Virus record (IMG/VR): IMGVR_UViG_2609459792_000007
Length of the DNA: 64,000 bases
Reading direction: 5' to 3' (one strand)
Origin: a virus
Taxonomy: Duplodnaviria; Heunggongvirae; Uroviricota; Caudoviricetes
Shown: positions 20,301-29,020 of the stretch, in pieces
Layout of the letters: every line of letters starts with the position of its first letter
Numbering within the stretch: position 1 is the first letter of the stretch
Notes under the pieces: model-generated
The model's input: the letters and a program-made list of their open reading frames with translations, nothing else
Databases searched by the model: none
Told to the model about the DNA's origin: nothing
Translations under genes and position numbers: made by a program

Positions 20301-20848
20301 ACCCCAAACGATCGGCTGAAATTAACGCACTCATGACACGGATGGCGGCTGAAATGGGCTTAGGTGATGAACTAATCCGCCCCAGCATTGGTATTAAGCC
20401 GAAAATCATGATCATTCTGGACAATGCAAACGGCAATGATGCTCGAACCGGTTACTTCATGGAGAACGGATACGACGATTTTAAGGCCAAGCTGTTGACG
20501 GCTGGAGATTTGCGCATGGGCGATCTCTATGTCACAGGCGTTTGCAAAAAGGTGAAAGACAAAGAAAAGGACTACACCAAAGACGAGATCGGCCAGTTCA
20601 CCGACTTTATGCGTGAAGAGATCAATCTGGTACGTCCGACCTATGTGCTGACGTGTGGCAGTCGGGCAACGGCATTGTTTAACAACAAAAACAAGCCATC
20701 CGATTTAGTCGGTAGGAAGGAGTATCTTCCAGACCTTGACGTTACAGTCTTTTACGGGTTTAACCCCAACATTCTTTACTTCAGACCTGAAGAGGGAGAA
20801 CGACTAGAAGCGATATTAGCCGACGTAGCAGAAACTATTAAGTCGTGA
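17330..20848 (+). CDS. DNA polymerase III alpha-like replicative polymerase (PHP domain)
   Basis: 1172 aa; DnaE-type motif GPGRGSSAGSLVAWCIGIT; N-terminal PHP-like region; conserved cacATG start context. Confidence 0.85.
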   Translation: MKALMVRTDFSLGESALKAENAVKIAREAGYTAVISADSMNIASVIPLQRAAGDDMAVICGVKLNIVDDPTYEHRAKLAKESMRCMESLERGRNYSFTALIKNEQGYRDICELMTAANTREQFYFVPRLSLEQLVSTYAKGNIILLTSDIGSVFQRNDFAKIISTLITAGGKDNFYSVVYPHPTPFYDQINVRAMKVASALKIEPVAFYPAYYESIDDADIKDIAHMVTNNIKIDQPHRLRIPHQRDNAVNGRRHLLEALKAFSVRMDVPVTAAMASTTQDSIIEACTWRWHELPPALPKMADDEPATLMKLAVAGLRKRLTTKEFGYTPPASENRVYVERLKYEMDTLTRLGFCGYFLMVRDLMNHSRETGIPVGPGRGSSAGSLVAWCIGITNVDPIRHGLLFERFINPERLDLPDADLDFSQARRHEVIEYLNERYGEDYVAGIPNFTYLGAASALRDTARIYGVESADMAVSKELKNAEDDSLPLEELREQLASLDKYATKYPDAFNAACKLQSLMRGFGRHAAGMIVAGVPLTERTPVERRGDARCIAFDKRYCEAMGLIKLDVLGLATLDLLDSAKRYIKENTGEDINLDAISLEDRKVLDGFAAGYTQGVFQLESGPMRKLLKDLGGGIEPMSFKTVVATTALFRPGPIQSGMLDDYVSVAKGFMTPESLHPVLDELTAETNGVILYQEQTMNATRLLAGFTMAEADAVRSAIGKKNMEKMKSMGEKFIVQAQAGWIDVELEDGTTQRIHRAEHFKCEDGTLKTVEEALEHGAKLPINAVRVTASHPGLSEMKAKEIWTAFEKNGAYQFNKSHSVAYSLISYQSMWLKTHYPAEFFAAALTILGEDKHQGLVKDALTYGIRVLPPDVNVSSNRIEIRTLEDGSQVLYAPFSAVKGCSENGCQAIMRAREKVGGKFESLAQFEEAVEKRACNSRVRESLQKVGAFASIEPGSLPATDPERLRDQAELMGNLVIDAVKASRPFEMNPKRSAEINALMTRMAAEMGLGDELIRPSIGIKPKIMIILDNANGNDARTGYFMENGYDDFKAKLLTAGDLRMGDLYVTGVCKKVKDKEKDYTKDEIGQFTDFMREEINLVRPTYVLTCGSRATALFNNKNKPSDLVGRKEYLPDLDVTVFYGFNPNILYFRPEEGERLEAILADVAETIKS

Positions 20849-20857
20849 TCCAATAAA

Positions 20858-20882
20858 CATGGCCTCTATGGCCATGTTTTCT
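20858..20882 (+). terminator. Terminator after polymerase gene
   Basis: catggcc-tctat-ggccatg hairpin plus T-run. Confidence 0.6.
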
Positions 20883-20973
20883 CTTATCCCCTCATATCCC
20901 CTATCCTCGAACTCCTTGCCTTATCATCACAATGATATAATCAATATAAGATGATAAGTAAAAAGGAAAGCAC

Positions 20974-21405
20974 ATGATCACCGATATTTACGAGAAAATA
21001 ATGTCTGATCTCGAGTTTGACCGAGACAATCTGGAGGAAGTCTGGCGTAGACAACCCCGCCTTTTAATGGAGTATGGCTCAAAACTCGCTCATGCAGAAA
21101 GAAGTGTCGCAGAGGCAAAACTTAACCTTGAAGCTGTTGAAGCAAAGCTATACGACACAGAGCGTAAGAACTTGAGTATGAACGGCATTAAGTTCAACGA
21201 GTCTGTACTGGACGCTAAGGTTAAAACGAACCCACAGTATCTATCTAAACGGCAGAAGTTGGATGAAGCACGGCACATCGCAGACATATACAAACATGCT
21301 GTCGCCGCCTTCACGCATCGCCGAGACATGATCGTTCAGGCGTCGAAGATGGCCATCGTTGAATTAGAGCGATTAGGCTCTGAACGCTTTATTACTCCCC
21401 GTTGA
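20974..21405 (+). CDS. Hypothetical coiled-coil protein
   Basis: 143-aa ORF; conserved aaaggaaagcacATG start context. Confidence 0.45.
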   Translation: MITDIYEKIMSDLEFDRDNLEEVWRRQPRLLMEYGSKLAHAERSVAEAKLNLEAVEAKLYDTERKNLSMNGIKFNESVLDAKVKTNPQYLSKRQKLDEARHIADIYKHAVAAFTHRRDMIVQASKMAIVELERLGSERFITPR

Positions 21406-21522
21406 TTTTTGATAGATAATAAGTAAGTACTGATCTATCATTTAACAGCTCGAAAGAGCCACGAATGAACGAAAGCCCAACGCGCATAGCGCCATCGGCC
21501 AAATCACAACAAGGAGAAACAC

Positions 21523-22551
21523 ATGTCTAAGACATTACTTGATTTGCTTAACAAAACTCGTGAAGACATTGCTGCCAAACGTGGTAACAACGTTGATCTG
21601 ACTCGCTTAAAAGACGGCGTCAACTATATCCGCATCTTCCCGAATAAAGACGACCCAAACGGTAAGTTCTTCCAGACTTTCGGTATGCACTACGTTAAGT
21701 ATCAGAACGAGGAAGGTAAAGAAGCAACCAACGCTTATATTTGTGAGCAACATACTCACGGTCGCGCTTGTCAGCTATGCGAAATGGTTATGGAAGGTCG
21801 CGCTCGTCACAAGGGTAACAAAGCAATGGAAGAACGCATCGGTCAAATGCGTGCCACTCCTCGCTACCTGGTCAACGGCATTCTTTCTGCTCGTGAGGAT
21901 TTCGCAGATGCTGAGAAATGCCAGTTAATCGAGCTACCGTCTACTGTATTCGATGATATCTGCAAAGCAATCACCGAAGACATCGCTGATGATATCGGTA
22001 ATCCACTGAGCAAAGAGGAAGGCTACGCATTCCTGATTAAACGTACTGGCTCTGGTCGCGATACCAAATATGACGTCTCGCCTAAGCGTAAAGTCTACAA
22101 AGGCGATATCGAAGATAAATTCTGGAACACCCAGCATGATCTGATCGCATACGCAAATCAGGCTGATGAAACTCGTCTTCTGTCGACAGTTCGCACTATG
22201 GGTCGTCTGATTGGCATCGCTGCACCAACTGCCGCAGCATCTGCACCAGCAATTTCCTCAACCGCGAAAACATCGGCTGCGGCACTACCTGGATTTGGCT
22301 CTGTCACTGGTCATACGGAGGGTGCGACTGCTGTAGCAACCGCTCACACCCCAGCTTCTGAACCAACCAGTCTGGTTGATGAAGAAATCCTCCGTGCCGT
22401 TGAAACTGAATTTAAACCAGAAGCAAGTTCCGCTGCCGTTGCCGTATCAGTCAAAGAGTCTGAAGCAGTCGCAGCGACATCTGTAGCAACCGCATCTGCG
22501 ACGGAAGATGAAGGTCTGGATGACCTACTGAGAGAGCTGGACTCTCTGTAA
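21523..22551 (+). CDS. gp32-like single-stranded DNA-binding protein
   Basis: His/Cys cluster CEQHTHGRACQLCE (zinc-site-like), Ala/Ser/Thr-rich linker, acidic C-terminal tail DEGLDDLLRELDSL. Confidence 0.5.
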   Translation: MSKTLLDLLNKTREDIAAKRGNNVDLTRLKDGVNYIRIFPNKDDPNGKFFQTFGMHYVKYQNEEGKEATNAYICEQHTHGRACQLCEMVMEGRARHKGNKAMEERIGQMRATPRYLVNGILSAREDFADAEKCQLIELPSTVFDDICKAITEDIADDIGNPLSKEEGYAFLIKRTGSGRDTKYDVSPKRKVYKGDIEDKFWNTQHDLIAYANQADETRLLSTVRTMGRLIGIAAPTAAASAPAISSTAKTSAAALPGFGSVTGHTEGATAVATAHTPASEPTSLVDEEILRAVETEFKPEASSAAVAVSVKESEAVAATSVATASATEDEGLDDLLRELDSL

Positions 22552-22568
22552 TCCCATTACGTGACCAG

Positions 22569-22596
22569 TAAGGCGTCTACGGACGCCTTACTTTTT
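22569..22596 (+). terminator. Terminator after SSB-like gene
   Basis: taaggcgtc-tacg-gacgcctta hairpin plus T5. Confidence 0.6.
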
Positions 22597-22608
22597 GGAA
22601 GGAATGTA

Positions 22609-23556
22609 CCGGTGATTTATCTCTTCGTAGATGGCAATAGCCTGGGTTATTACCACCAACAATCTGACAAATTGCACAACGGCGAAATGGAAGTACAGGC
22701 TGCTTTCGGCTTTGTTAAGAACGTCCGTCGTTATGCCTCCATCCTCCATGCCCGACCTATGATTCTTTGGGATGGATTTAGTGACAAGCGTCGCGACTTT
22801 TACCCGGACTACAAAGCAAATCGCGACGACGATCCTGATATGAAAAAGATGAAGGAAGGCTTTGCTGTCCAGAAGCCATACATCCTCAAAATGATGACCG
22901 CGCTTGGTGTTAACCAAATCATTGCAAAAGATGCAGAAGCGGATGATCTGGCCGGGCTGCTGGTATCCCGCATGGCACCGCAGCCAACCGTTGAACACAT
23001 CTATCTGTTAACAGGCGATAGCGACTGGCTTCAGTTAGTTCGTGAAAACGTAAGCTGGGTAAGCCTGCGTGAAGACGCCAAAAACAAGCAGGTTAATTTT
23101 GAGCAATTTGCGGAGCTGACAGGATTCGCCACGCCTCGCGCATTTTTGGAAGCAAAAGCATTACAAGGCGATAACTCGGACAACATTAGCGGTGTTGGAG
23201 GCATTGGTGCTGGCGGTGCGAAAGAGCTGCTGCATGAATGGGGAAGTGTCGCAACGATGGTACGCGGCATCAACGACGGCTCAATCGTGGTTAATAAAGG
23301 GCGTCATAAGACCGCCTTCAACAAACTAGCGAAGAATGCCTTCAACGAGAAAACAGGCTGTCGAATGCTCGAAGCGTTCAAGAGAAACATCACGCTAATG
23401 AACCTGATTGAGACGAAGTTTCCGCCTACCGAAATCGAAACAATCAAAGGCAATCGTGACGTGAAAGCATTCGAGCAACTGTGCTACGAGCTGAATTTCC
23501 GTTCGTTCCTTGAAGACCTTGAAGTGTTTGTTCTTCCATTCGAAAGGTATTGCTAA
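22609..23556 (+). CDS. 5'-3' exonuclease / flap endonuclease (PIN plus H3TH)
   Basis: N-terminal IYLFVDGNSLGYY; H3TH-like GDNSDNISGVGGIGAGGAKELL; GTG start at 22609 follows RBS ggaagga (track start 22561 lies inside the terminator). Confidence 0.75.
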   Translation, partial: PVIYLFVDGNSLGYYHQQSDKLHNGEMEVQAAFGFVKNVRRYASILHARPMILWDGFSDKRRDFYPDYKANRDDDPDMKKMKEGFAVQKPYILKMMTALGVNQIIAKDAEADDLAGLLVSRMAPQPTVEHIYLLTGDSDWLQLVRENVSWVSLREDAKNKQVNFEQFAELTGFATPRAFLEAKALQGDNSDNISGVGGIGAGGAKELLHEWGSVATMVRGINDGSIVVNKGRHKTAFNKLAKNAFNEKTGCRMLEAFKRNITLMNLIETKFPPTEIETIKGNRDVKAFEQLCYELNFRSFLEDLEVFVLPFERYC

Positions 23557-23822
23557 TGCTTAAATCGATTATTAATGGCGCTACAACCACCCCTACCCAA
23601 CTGGCAAAAGAGATTGTCTTTTATCACGGTGAGTACGCTGTCATCGCACTGCCGTCAATTCTAGGCGCTGCCGGAATGAAAGCGACAGATCGCGAGTTTG
23701 GATTAGTCAGCGAGCAGGTCGTAAAAATCCTCGCTCGTGTATCCAGACTCCTTAACCACGATGCGATTGTATTCGACGAATCCGCCGCTTTAAAACGAAT
23801 CAACGAAACAAAAGGAGCCTGA
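23550..23822 (+). CDS. Hypothetical small protein
   Basis: 90-aa ORF bridging exonuclease and RecA-like genes. Confidence 0.4.
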   Translation: MLMLKSIINGATTTPTQLAKEIVFYHGEYAVIALPSILGAAGMKATDREFGLVSEQVVKILARVSRLLNHDAIVFDESAALKRINETKGA

Positions 23823-23824
23823 TC

Positions 23825-24898
23825 ATGGCAAAAGGAAAATCCGCACTGGCACTTGCTCTGAAAAAGAAAATCGGTAGCAACGACGAAATTCAGAAAGTAA
23901 CTCATTGGATTGACACAGGCTTTCCTCCGTTAAACAAAGCTATTTCCGGTCGTTACGATGGCGGTTTCCCATGTGGTCGTATCGTAGAAGTATTCGGGCC
24001 GCCAAGCGCGGGGAAAACCTTTTTGGCAACAGCAGCAATGATCTCCGCTCAGAAACAAGATGGTCTGGCGGTATTCCTCGATCATGAGAACAGTTTTGAC
24101 GTTGGCCTGGCGGTAGCCAATGGCTTGAATGCAGATGAGGATGACGGTCAGTGGGTATACAAGCAGCCAGATACCTTCGAAGACTCTGTAGAGTTGATCG
24201 GCACAATACTTAAATTGGTACGTGATGAAGAGCTTATCCCTGAATCAGCACCTATCTGTATCGTGGCTGACTCACTTGCGTCTATGGTTCCGAACTCCAA
24301 AGCCGAGAAGTTCGAAAAGATGGCTGAAGGCACTGCTAAAGACAAAGATCAGCTAAACATGAACGACAATACGGCGCTTGCTCGTGCGACGAGCGCAAAC
24401 TTCCCCACTCTGGCTTTGTGGGCACGCAAATATAACGCCTGCATTATTTTCTTGAATCAGGTTCGCACAAAAATCGGTGTAATGTTTGGCGACCCTACGA
24501 CGTCGCCAGGCGGCGATTCACCGAAGTTTTACGCTTCTGTGCGCATCCGTCTCGGTGCATCGGTGATGAAGGATGGTAAAGAGAAGATCGGTCAGGACGT
24601 AGGCGCAGAGTGCATCAAAAACAAAGTTGCACCACCGTATGGCAAGTGCACCTGGAAATTCTACTTCGATCCTACTCGTGGCCTCGACGTTATCGAATCG
24701 CTCGTCGAGTACATGCTGGAAGAAGGATACCTGCCAAAGAACGCCAGCGGTCGAGTAGAAATTGGTGACAAGAAATACACCAAATCACAGATCGTCGAGA
24801 TGTATCGGGAGAAGCCACTAGCTGAAATCATTGCGGCTTTACAGGCAATCGACGACCGGAGATCAAAAGACAATCCCACCGAGTCAGTAGAAGAGTAA
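23825..24898 (+). CDS. RecA-like recombinase
   Basis: Walker A GPPSAGKTFLA; RecA-like core VEVFGPPSAGKT...FLDHENSFD. Confidence 0.8.
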   Translation: MAKGKSALALALKKKIGSNDEIQKVTHWIDTGFPPLNKAISGRYDGGFPCGRIVEVFGPPSAGKTFLATAAMISAQKQDGLAVFLDHENSFDVGLAVANGLNADEDDGQWVYKQPDTFEDSVELIGTILKLVRDEELIPESAPICIVADSLASMVPNSKAEKFEKMAEGTAKDKDQLNMNDNTALARATSANFPTLALWARKYNACIIFLNQVRTKIGVMFGDPTTSPGGDSPKFYASVRIRLGASVMKDGKEKIGQDVGAECIKNKVAPPYGKCTWKFYFDPTRGLDVIESLVEYMLEEGYLPKNASGRVEIGDKKYTKSQIVEMYREKPLAEIIAALQAIDDRRSKDNPTESVEE

Positions 24899-24902
24899 AC
24901 AC

Positions 24903-24927
24903 AAGGCGTCCACAGGACGCCTTTTTT
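24903..24927 (+). terminator. Terminator after RecA-like gene
   Basis: aaggcgtcc-aca-ggacgcctt hairpin plus T6. Confidence 0.7.
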
Positions 24928-24990
24928 ATCTCTTGAAAATATATAAGTACTTACTTATCATTTTCACATAACAACCACATAGGAAAACAC

Positions 24991-25191
24991 ATGATCAAAA
25001 TCTATCTATTGGCAGTAGCCACAGGCCTTTCAGTGGCTCTCATCTACGGATTACTGGTTCCGTCGCTGATTTCTGCAAAGAGTGATTTGGCCGTCATGCT
25101 TGGAGTTATTGTTGGTTTTGGCGCTCCAGTAATCGGTCTTATTGGTGGTCGTAAGTTTATTAACTCATTAATCAAAGCAAAGGGGAAATAA
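24991..25191 (+). CDS. Small two-TM membrane protein
   Basis: 66 aa; two hydrophobic segments; stop 4 bp before SPFH gene start. Confidence 0.45.
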   Translation: MIKIYLLAVATGLSVALIYGLLVPSLISAKSDLAVMLGVIVGFGAPVIGLIGGRKFINSLIKAKGK

Positions 25192-25194
25192 GTA

Positions 25195-26025
25195 ATGAAG
25201 AAAGGTTTACTTGCAGTTGCTCTGGCGGCTATTTGCACAATGGGTCTTACTGGCTGTGATCGCGTAGAGCCTGGATACGTTGGCATCAAAGTAAACAAAT
25301 TAGGTGAAGACAAAGGGATTGGTGAAGTGGTTGGCGTTGGTCGCCAATGGACAGGTCTTAACACCGAACTTTACGTATTCCCGACCTTCAAACAAATGAA
25401 GACCTACGACGAGCCGTTCACATTCCAGATGAGTGACGGTACTGCTATTGGTCACAAAATTGGCGTTGCGTATCTGGTTAATCGTGACAAGGTAACGACG
25501 GTGTTCCAGACCTATCGCAAAGGCGTAGACGATATCACCGAATCAGATCTGCGTCAGAAAATTGCCGACTCTCTAAACCGTTTGGCCAGCCGTATGACCA
25601 CTGACTCATTTATCGACGGTGGTAAGGCACAATTGTTGGACAACGCACTGAAAGATATTCAGAAAGAGATGTCTCCGGTTGGTATTGAGGTACTGAGCCT
25701 GTCATGGGTTGGAAAGCCTGATTACCCAAAAACCGTCATTGAATCTATCAACGCCAAAGTAACGGCTAACCAGCGTACTCTGCAACGTCAGCAGGAAGTC
25801 GAACAGCGTAAAGCTGAGGCGAATATGCTGCGTGAACAGGCTAATGGTGAAGCTGATGCTATCCGTGCTCGTGCGCAAGCAGAAGCAGACGCCATTCGTC
25901 TGCGCGGTGAAGCTCTGCGTCAAAACCCGAACGTTATGGAACTGGAAGCCATCAATAAATGGAATGGCCAGTTACCGCAGTACATGACTCAAGGGGCTAA
26001 CACTCCTTTCATTACAGTGAAATAA
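25195..26025 (+). CDS. SPFH/band-7 (prohibitin-like) lipoprotein
   Basis: Signal peptide with lipobox LTGC; SPFH-like core; C-terminal Ala/Glu/Arg-rich coiled coil. Confidence 0.55.
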   Translation: MKKGLLAVALAAICTMGLTGCDRVEPGYVGIKVNKLGEDKGIGEVVGVGRQWTGLNTELYVFPTFKQMKTYDEPFTFQMSDGTAIGHKIGVAYLVNRDKVTTVFQTYRKGVDDITESDLRQKIADSLNRLASRMTTDSFIDGGKAQLLDNALKDIQKEMSPVGIEVLSLSWVGKPDYPKTVIESINAKVTANQRTLQRQQEVEQRKAEANMLREQANGEADAIRARAQAEADAIRLRGEALRQNPNVMELEAINKWNGQLPQYMTQGANTPFITVK

Positions 26026-26043
26026 CTCTCTTTAAGAAGATCA

Positions 26044-26066
26044 GGCGTCCAGTTGGACGCCGTTTT
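26044..26066 (+). terminator. Terminator after SPFH gene
   Basis: ggcgtcc-agtt-ggacgcc hairpin plus T-run. Confidence 0.6.
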
Positions 26067-26120
26067 ATTCTCGTTATTATCACATACAAGAAAACAATTT
26101 GTTAAAAGGTAAAGTTAATT

Positions 26121-26945
26121 ATGCCCAACCACATTACAAACGAAATCCGAGTCATAGGTGGTACAAATAAACAACGCTTAGATTTCATACGTGCCATAAC
26201 TAACAAAAAAGGTCTAATTGACTTTAATACCATTTGCAGACGTCCGAAAAGTATAGAAATGGAAGAAAACAATCATATCAGGCGCATGGCCTCTGCAATG
26301 GCGGGCGAAACAGTTTACGACTACATGTTCGGTGAATTAAAGACTCCAGAACAGGTCGAATTAGCTATGCGTGAATCTGGAATGACACGCAAGGAAATTC
26401 GCAAAATCAAAGAGCAGGCTCTTATGCGGCTTGAGAATTATCGTCGCTATGGCTATTACTCATGGTTTGACTGGTCGCGAGCTAATTGGGGAACAAAATG
26501 GAATGCCTACAACATCGAAATGCCCGTAAAACGTATCCCTACACGTATTAAGTACGGCCATAATTTCCGCCATACACACATTCGAGCATATGCAAAACGA
26601 ATCTATAAAAAACGTCTTGCAAGACATGCCGCAACTGGTGGTGAGTTGGTGATTCGCTTTGAAACAGCCTGGTCTATGCCAAAACCAATTTATCAAGCGA
26701 TGGCTAGAAAGTTCCCGCACCTTGAGTTTGTAATACGTTATGCAGACGAAGACTTCGGCAATAACTGCGGATTCATTTTACTTCGCAACGGCAAATGGGA
26801 ATATGACTACATTGCACCGGCGAATAACGAACAATCGTCAGAAGAAAAAATCAAATGGCGCAAGTTCGCCTTTGAGTTATGTTGTCCTGGTATCACTCCA
26901 CAAGAATACGGTCTAAATGAAGAATACGAATACGCCGGATATTAA
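26121..26945 (+). CDS. Hypothetical protein (Trp-rich, basic)
   Basis: 274-aa ORF in AT-rich island; no confident family assignment. Confidence 0.45.
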   Translation: MPNHITNEIRVIGGTNKQRLDFIRAITNKKGLIDFNTICRRPKSIEMEENNHIRRMASAMAGETVYDYMFGELKTPEQVELAMRESGMTRKEIRKIKEQALMRLENYRRYGYYSWFDWSRANWGTKWNAYNIEMPVKRIPTRIKYGHNFRHTHIRAYAKRIYKKRLARHAATGGELVIRFETAWSMPKPIYQAMARKFPHLEFVIRYADEDFGNNCGFILLRNGKWEYDYIAPANNEQSSEEKIKWRKFAFELCCPGITPQEYGLNEEYEYAGY

Positions 26946-26990
26946 AGAATTGTCATTTGGCTTTACGCTCGAAGCATAGTGGTTAAGAAG

Positions 26991-27731
26991 ATGAAAAGAA
27001 AAATTGAAGAACCAAAAACGACACTTAATAAACATGGGGAAAAAATTCAAACACACCCAGCGTTCGGTCTTGTGAAAACAAGCCGTGTTAGCACGACTGG
27101 CATTCGTCTATTTGATTCAGAACTGGAACATAGAGACTATATTGAAATAGGCGTTTACGAGGCTGAACTGTCCTTAGACAATGAACGAACCCGGCCACAA
27201 AGGAGTAGCAATAGACGGCCTTTAGTTGAAATTAGACTTAGCCAGGCACAATGGGCTGCTATGGTTAGCAGTTTTGGTGTGGGCGAAGGTGTGCCATGCA
27301 CTATTTCATATAAAACCATTGGCGACTCAATTAGAGTTCATGATATTGCCGAGCAAAAAAGTATTCGGCAAAAATTCAACGATCAAATAAAGGCAGCTAC
27401 GAATAGTGAGATTGATCGACTTAATCAGCAAGTTTCAGAGCTAGGTGAGCTTGTGAAAAAAGGAAGAGCTGGAAAACGTGACCTTGAAGAACTATATAGA
27501 AAACTTGCATCTGCTGTAGCTAACCTTCCTGAAAATCTGTGCTTTGCTACCGAATTAATGCAGGAGCAAATGGATGAAATTGTCTCATCTGGAAAGGCGG
27601 AGATTGAGGCGTATGTTGCAGGCACTGTTATGCGTAAAGGGTTAGCAGCATTAGGCACAGAATCATGCATTAACGATGATCCTACTGTCTCTATCACCAA
27701 AATGGAAAGCGGTAAAGAATTACTGCCATAA
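26991..27731 (+). CDS. Hypothetical protein
   Basis: ORF; ATG at 26991 preferred over GTG at 26979. Confidence 0.4.
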   Translation: MKRKIEEPKTTLNKHGEKIQTHPAFGLVKTSRVSTTGIRLFDSELEHRDYIEIGVYEAELSLDNERTRPQRSSNRRPLVEIRLSQAQWAAMVSSFGVGEGVPCTISYKTIGDSIRVHDIAEQKSIRQKFNDQIKAATNSEIDRLNQQVSELGELVKKGRAGKRDLEELYRKLASAVANLPENLCFATELMQEQMDEIVSSGKAEIEAYVAGTVMRKGLAALGTESCINDDPTVSITKMESGKELLP

Positions 27732-27751
27732 ATGCATCTGAGGTACTGACA

Positions 27752-28141
27752 ATGCTTTTAATTCAACCTGGTTTCGGTTTAAAGATAAAAAAAGGGCATA
27801 TGTTTGGTGAGCGAGATTCCAAACGAAAAATTCTGTCTATTCGATTACCATTTATCACCATTCATTGGTTAAACAGAGAGTCAACCGATTATTGGTATAA
27901 ATGCGCAAGAGCAGCATTTAACGACCCTGACTGGTTTGTAGAAAATCACCACGCGGTTCGTCAGGCAAAAAGAAAGGCTAATACGACATATATGAAGGCA
28001 TATCAGGATGCCTGGGAAGAACATCGTGGCCGATACCAAAAAAACATTGAAAAACTTGAATCAGAAAATATGGACCTAAGAAGAAAACTCGGTGAAGCAC
28101 GTCGAGACATCGAAGCATATAAACGTCTTGTATCGGAGTGA
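27752..28141 (+). CDS. Hypothetical protein with C-terminal coiled coil
   Basis: 129-aa ORF; start uncertain (alternative ATG at 27797). Confidence 0.35.
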   Translation: MLLIQPGFGLKIKKGHMFGERDSKRKILSIRLPFITIHWLNRESTDYWYKCARAAFNDPDWFVENHHAVRQAKRKANTTYMKAYQDAWEEHRGRYQKNIEKLESENMDLRRKLGEARRDIEAYKRLVSE

Positions 28142-28143
28142 AT

Positions 28144-28278
28144 ATGACTTTACGTTGTTTTTTCAAAGGGCATAGTTTTTCACTATACAGAAACAGAAAT
28201 AATAATGGGGCATTCTACATATGTAGTAAATGTGGGAGGACAAAATATCTTCCAGATGTCAAATTTGAAGGTCCTTAA
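28144..28278 (+). CDS. Small Cys-rich (zinc-ribbon-like) ORF
   Basis: 44-aa ORF below track cutoff: C-x4-H ... C-x2-C (CFFKGH...CSKCG); starts 3 bp after the previous stop. Confidence 0.3.
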   Translation: MTLRCFFKGHSFSLYRNRNNNGAFYICSKCGRTKYLPDVKFEGP

Positions 28279-28304
28279 ATGTTTGCATTAAATGGGCAAT
28301 ACAG

Positions 28305-28721
28305 ATGATCACAACAGACTTTTCTAAATTAAGTGATTTTGAAATTAACAGACGAGTATGTGAGGCTTTAGATATGGAGGAGTATTTCTTCATACCTGAT
28401 GACGAAGCAAATTTCGATTCGGAGATCCCCACTGACGAAAGAGGTCCTGTTTGGCAGACGTCAAAAAGGGATATTAATGGCTTCCGTGCTTCAAACGGAA
28501 ATTGCTTCAATCCTTGCAACAACCCGGCGGACGCAAAGCCTATTATCGTAGAGAACAGAATTGGCATTATTCCTGCGCCAGAAAATGGATTATGGAAGGC
28601 TGCGCATAGAAAGATTGGTAACGATAATACTCCATACCATATGACTCAAAATGTAAATCCACTCCGCGCCGCCATGATTGTCTTTCTGATGATGAAAGAA
28701 AGTGAGAGTTGTACCGATTAA
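28305..28721 (+). CDS. Hypothetical protein
   Basis: 138-aa ORF in AT-rich island; contains FNPCNNPADAKPIIVENRI. Confidence 0.4.
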   Translation: MITTDFSKLSDFEINRRVCEALDMEEYFFIPDDEANFDSEIPTDERGPVWQTSKRDINGFRASNGNCFNPCNNPADAKPIIVENRIGIIPAPENGLWKAAHRKIGNDNTPYHMTQNVNPLRAAMIVFLMMKESESCTD

Positions 28722-29020
28722 TGAATATATACGATTTTTTTAAAAAACCTAACACATGTGTCAGAAAAGGGTATAGACCGTCAGTCATCGATTGCTGGTC
28801 GCTATCAGCAAATAATCTCAACAATGTATTCAAAATGCATTGGGAGTTTCTTTGTGAAGCGCGCGGCGTTCTCGACATGACAGTCAGAGAAGCAATTATC
28901 TGGATTCTTTGGTTTCCGGTAAGAACATTTATGACTCTGACGTACCCATTTATCTTCTGGATTTGGGGAACCGTCCTTTATTTCATATTAAAAGGAGAAG
29001 TAAAACATGGCAGCAATTAA
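28721..29020 (+). CDS. Small membrane protein
   Basis: ATG overlaps previous stop (TAATG); hydrophobic segments IIWILWFPV and LTYPFIFWIWGTVLYFIL. Confidence 0.4.
   Translation: MNIYDFFKKPNTCVRKGYRPSVIDCWSLSANNLNNVFKMHWEFLCEARGVLDMTVREAIIWILWFPVRTFMTLTYPFIFWIWGTVLYFILKGEVKHGSN

Noticed and set aside
17666-20436. Several minus-strand ORFs (up to 171 aa) inside the polymerase gene
   Set aside because: All antisense to the 1172-aa polymerase ORF with strong motif support; no independent evidence.
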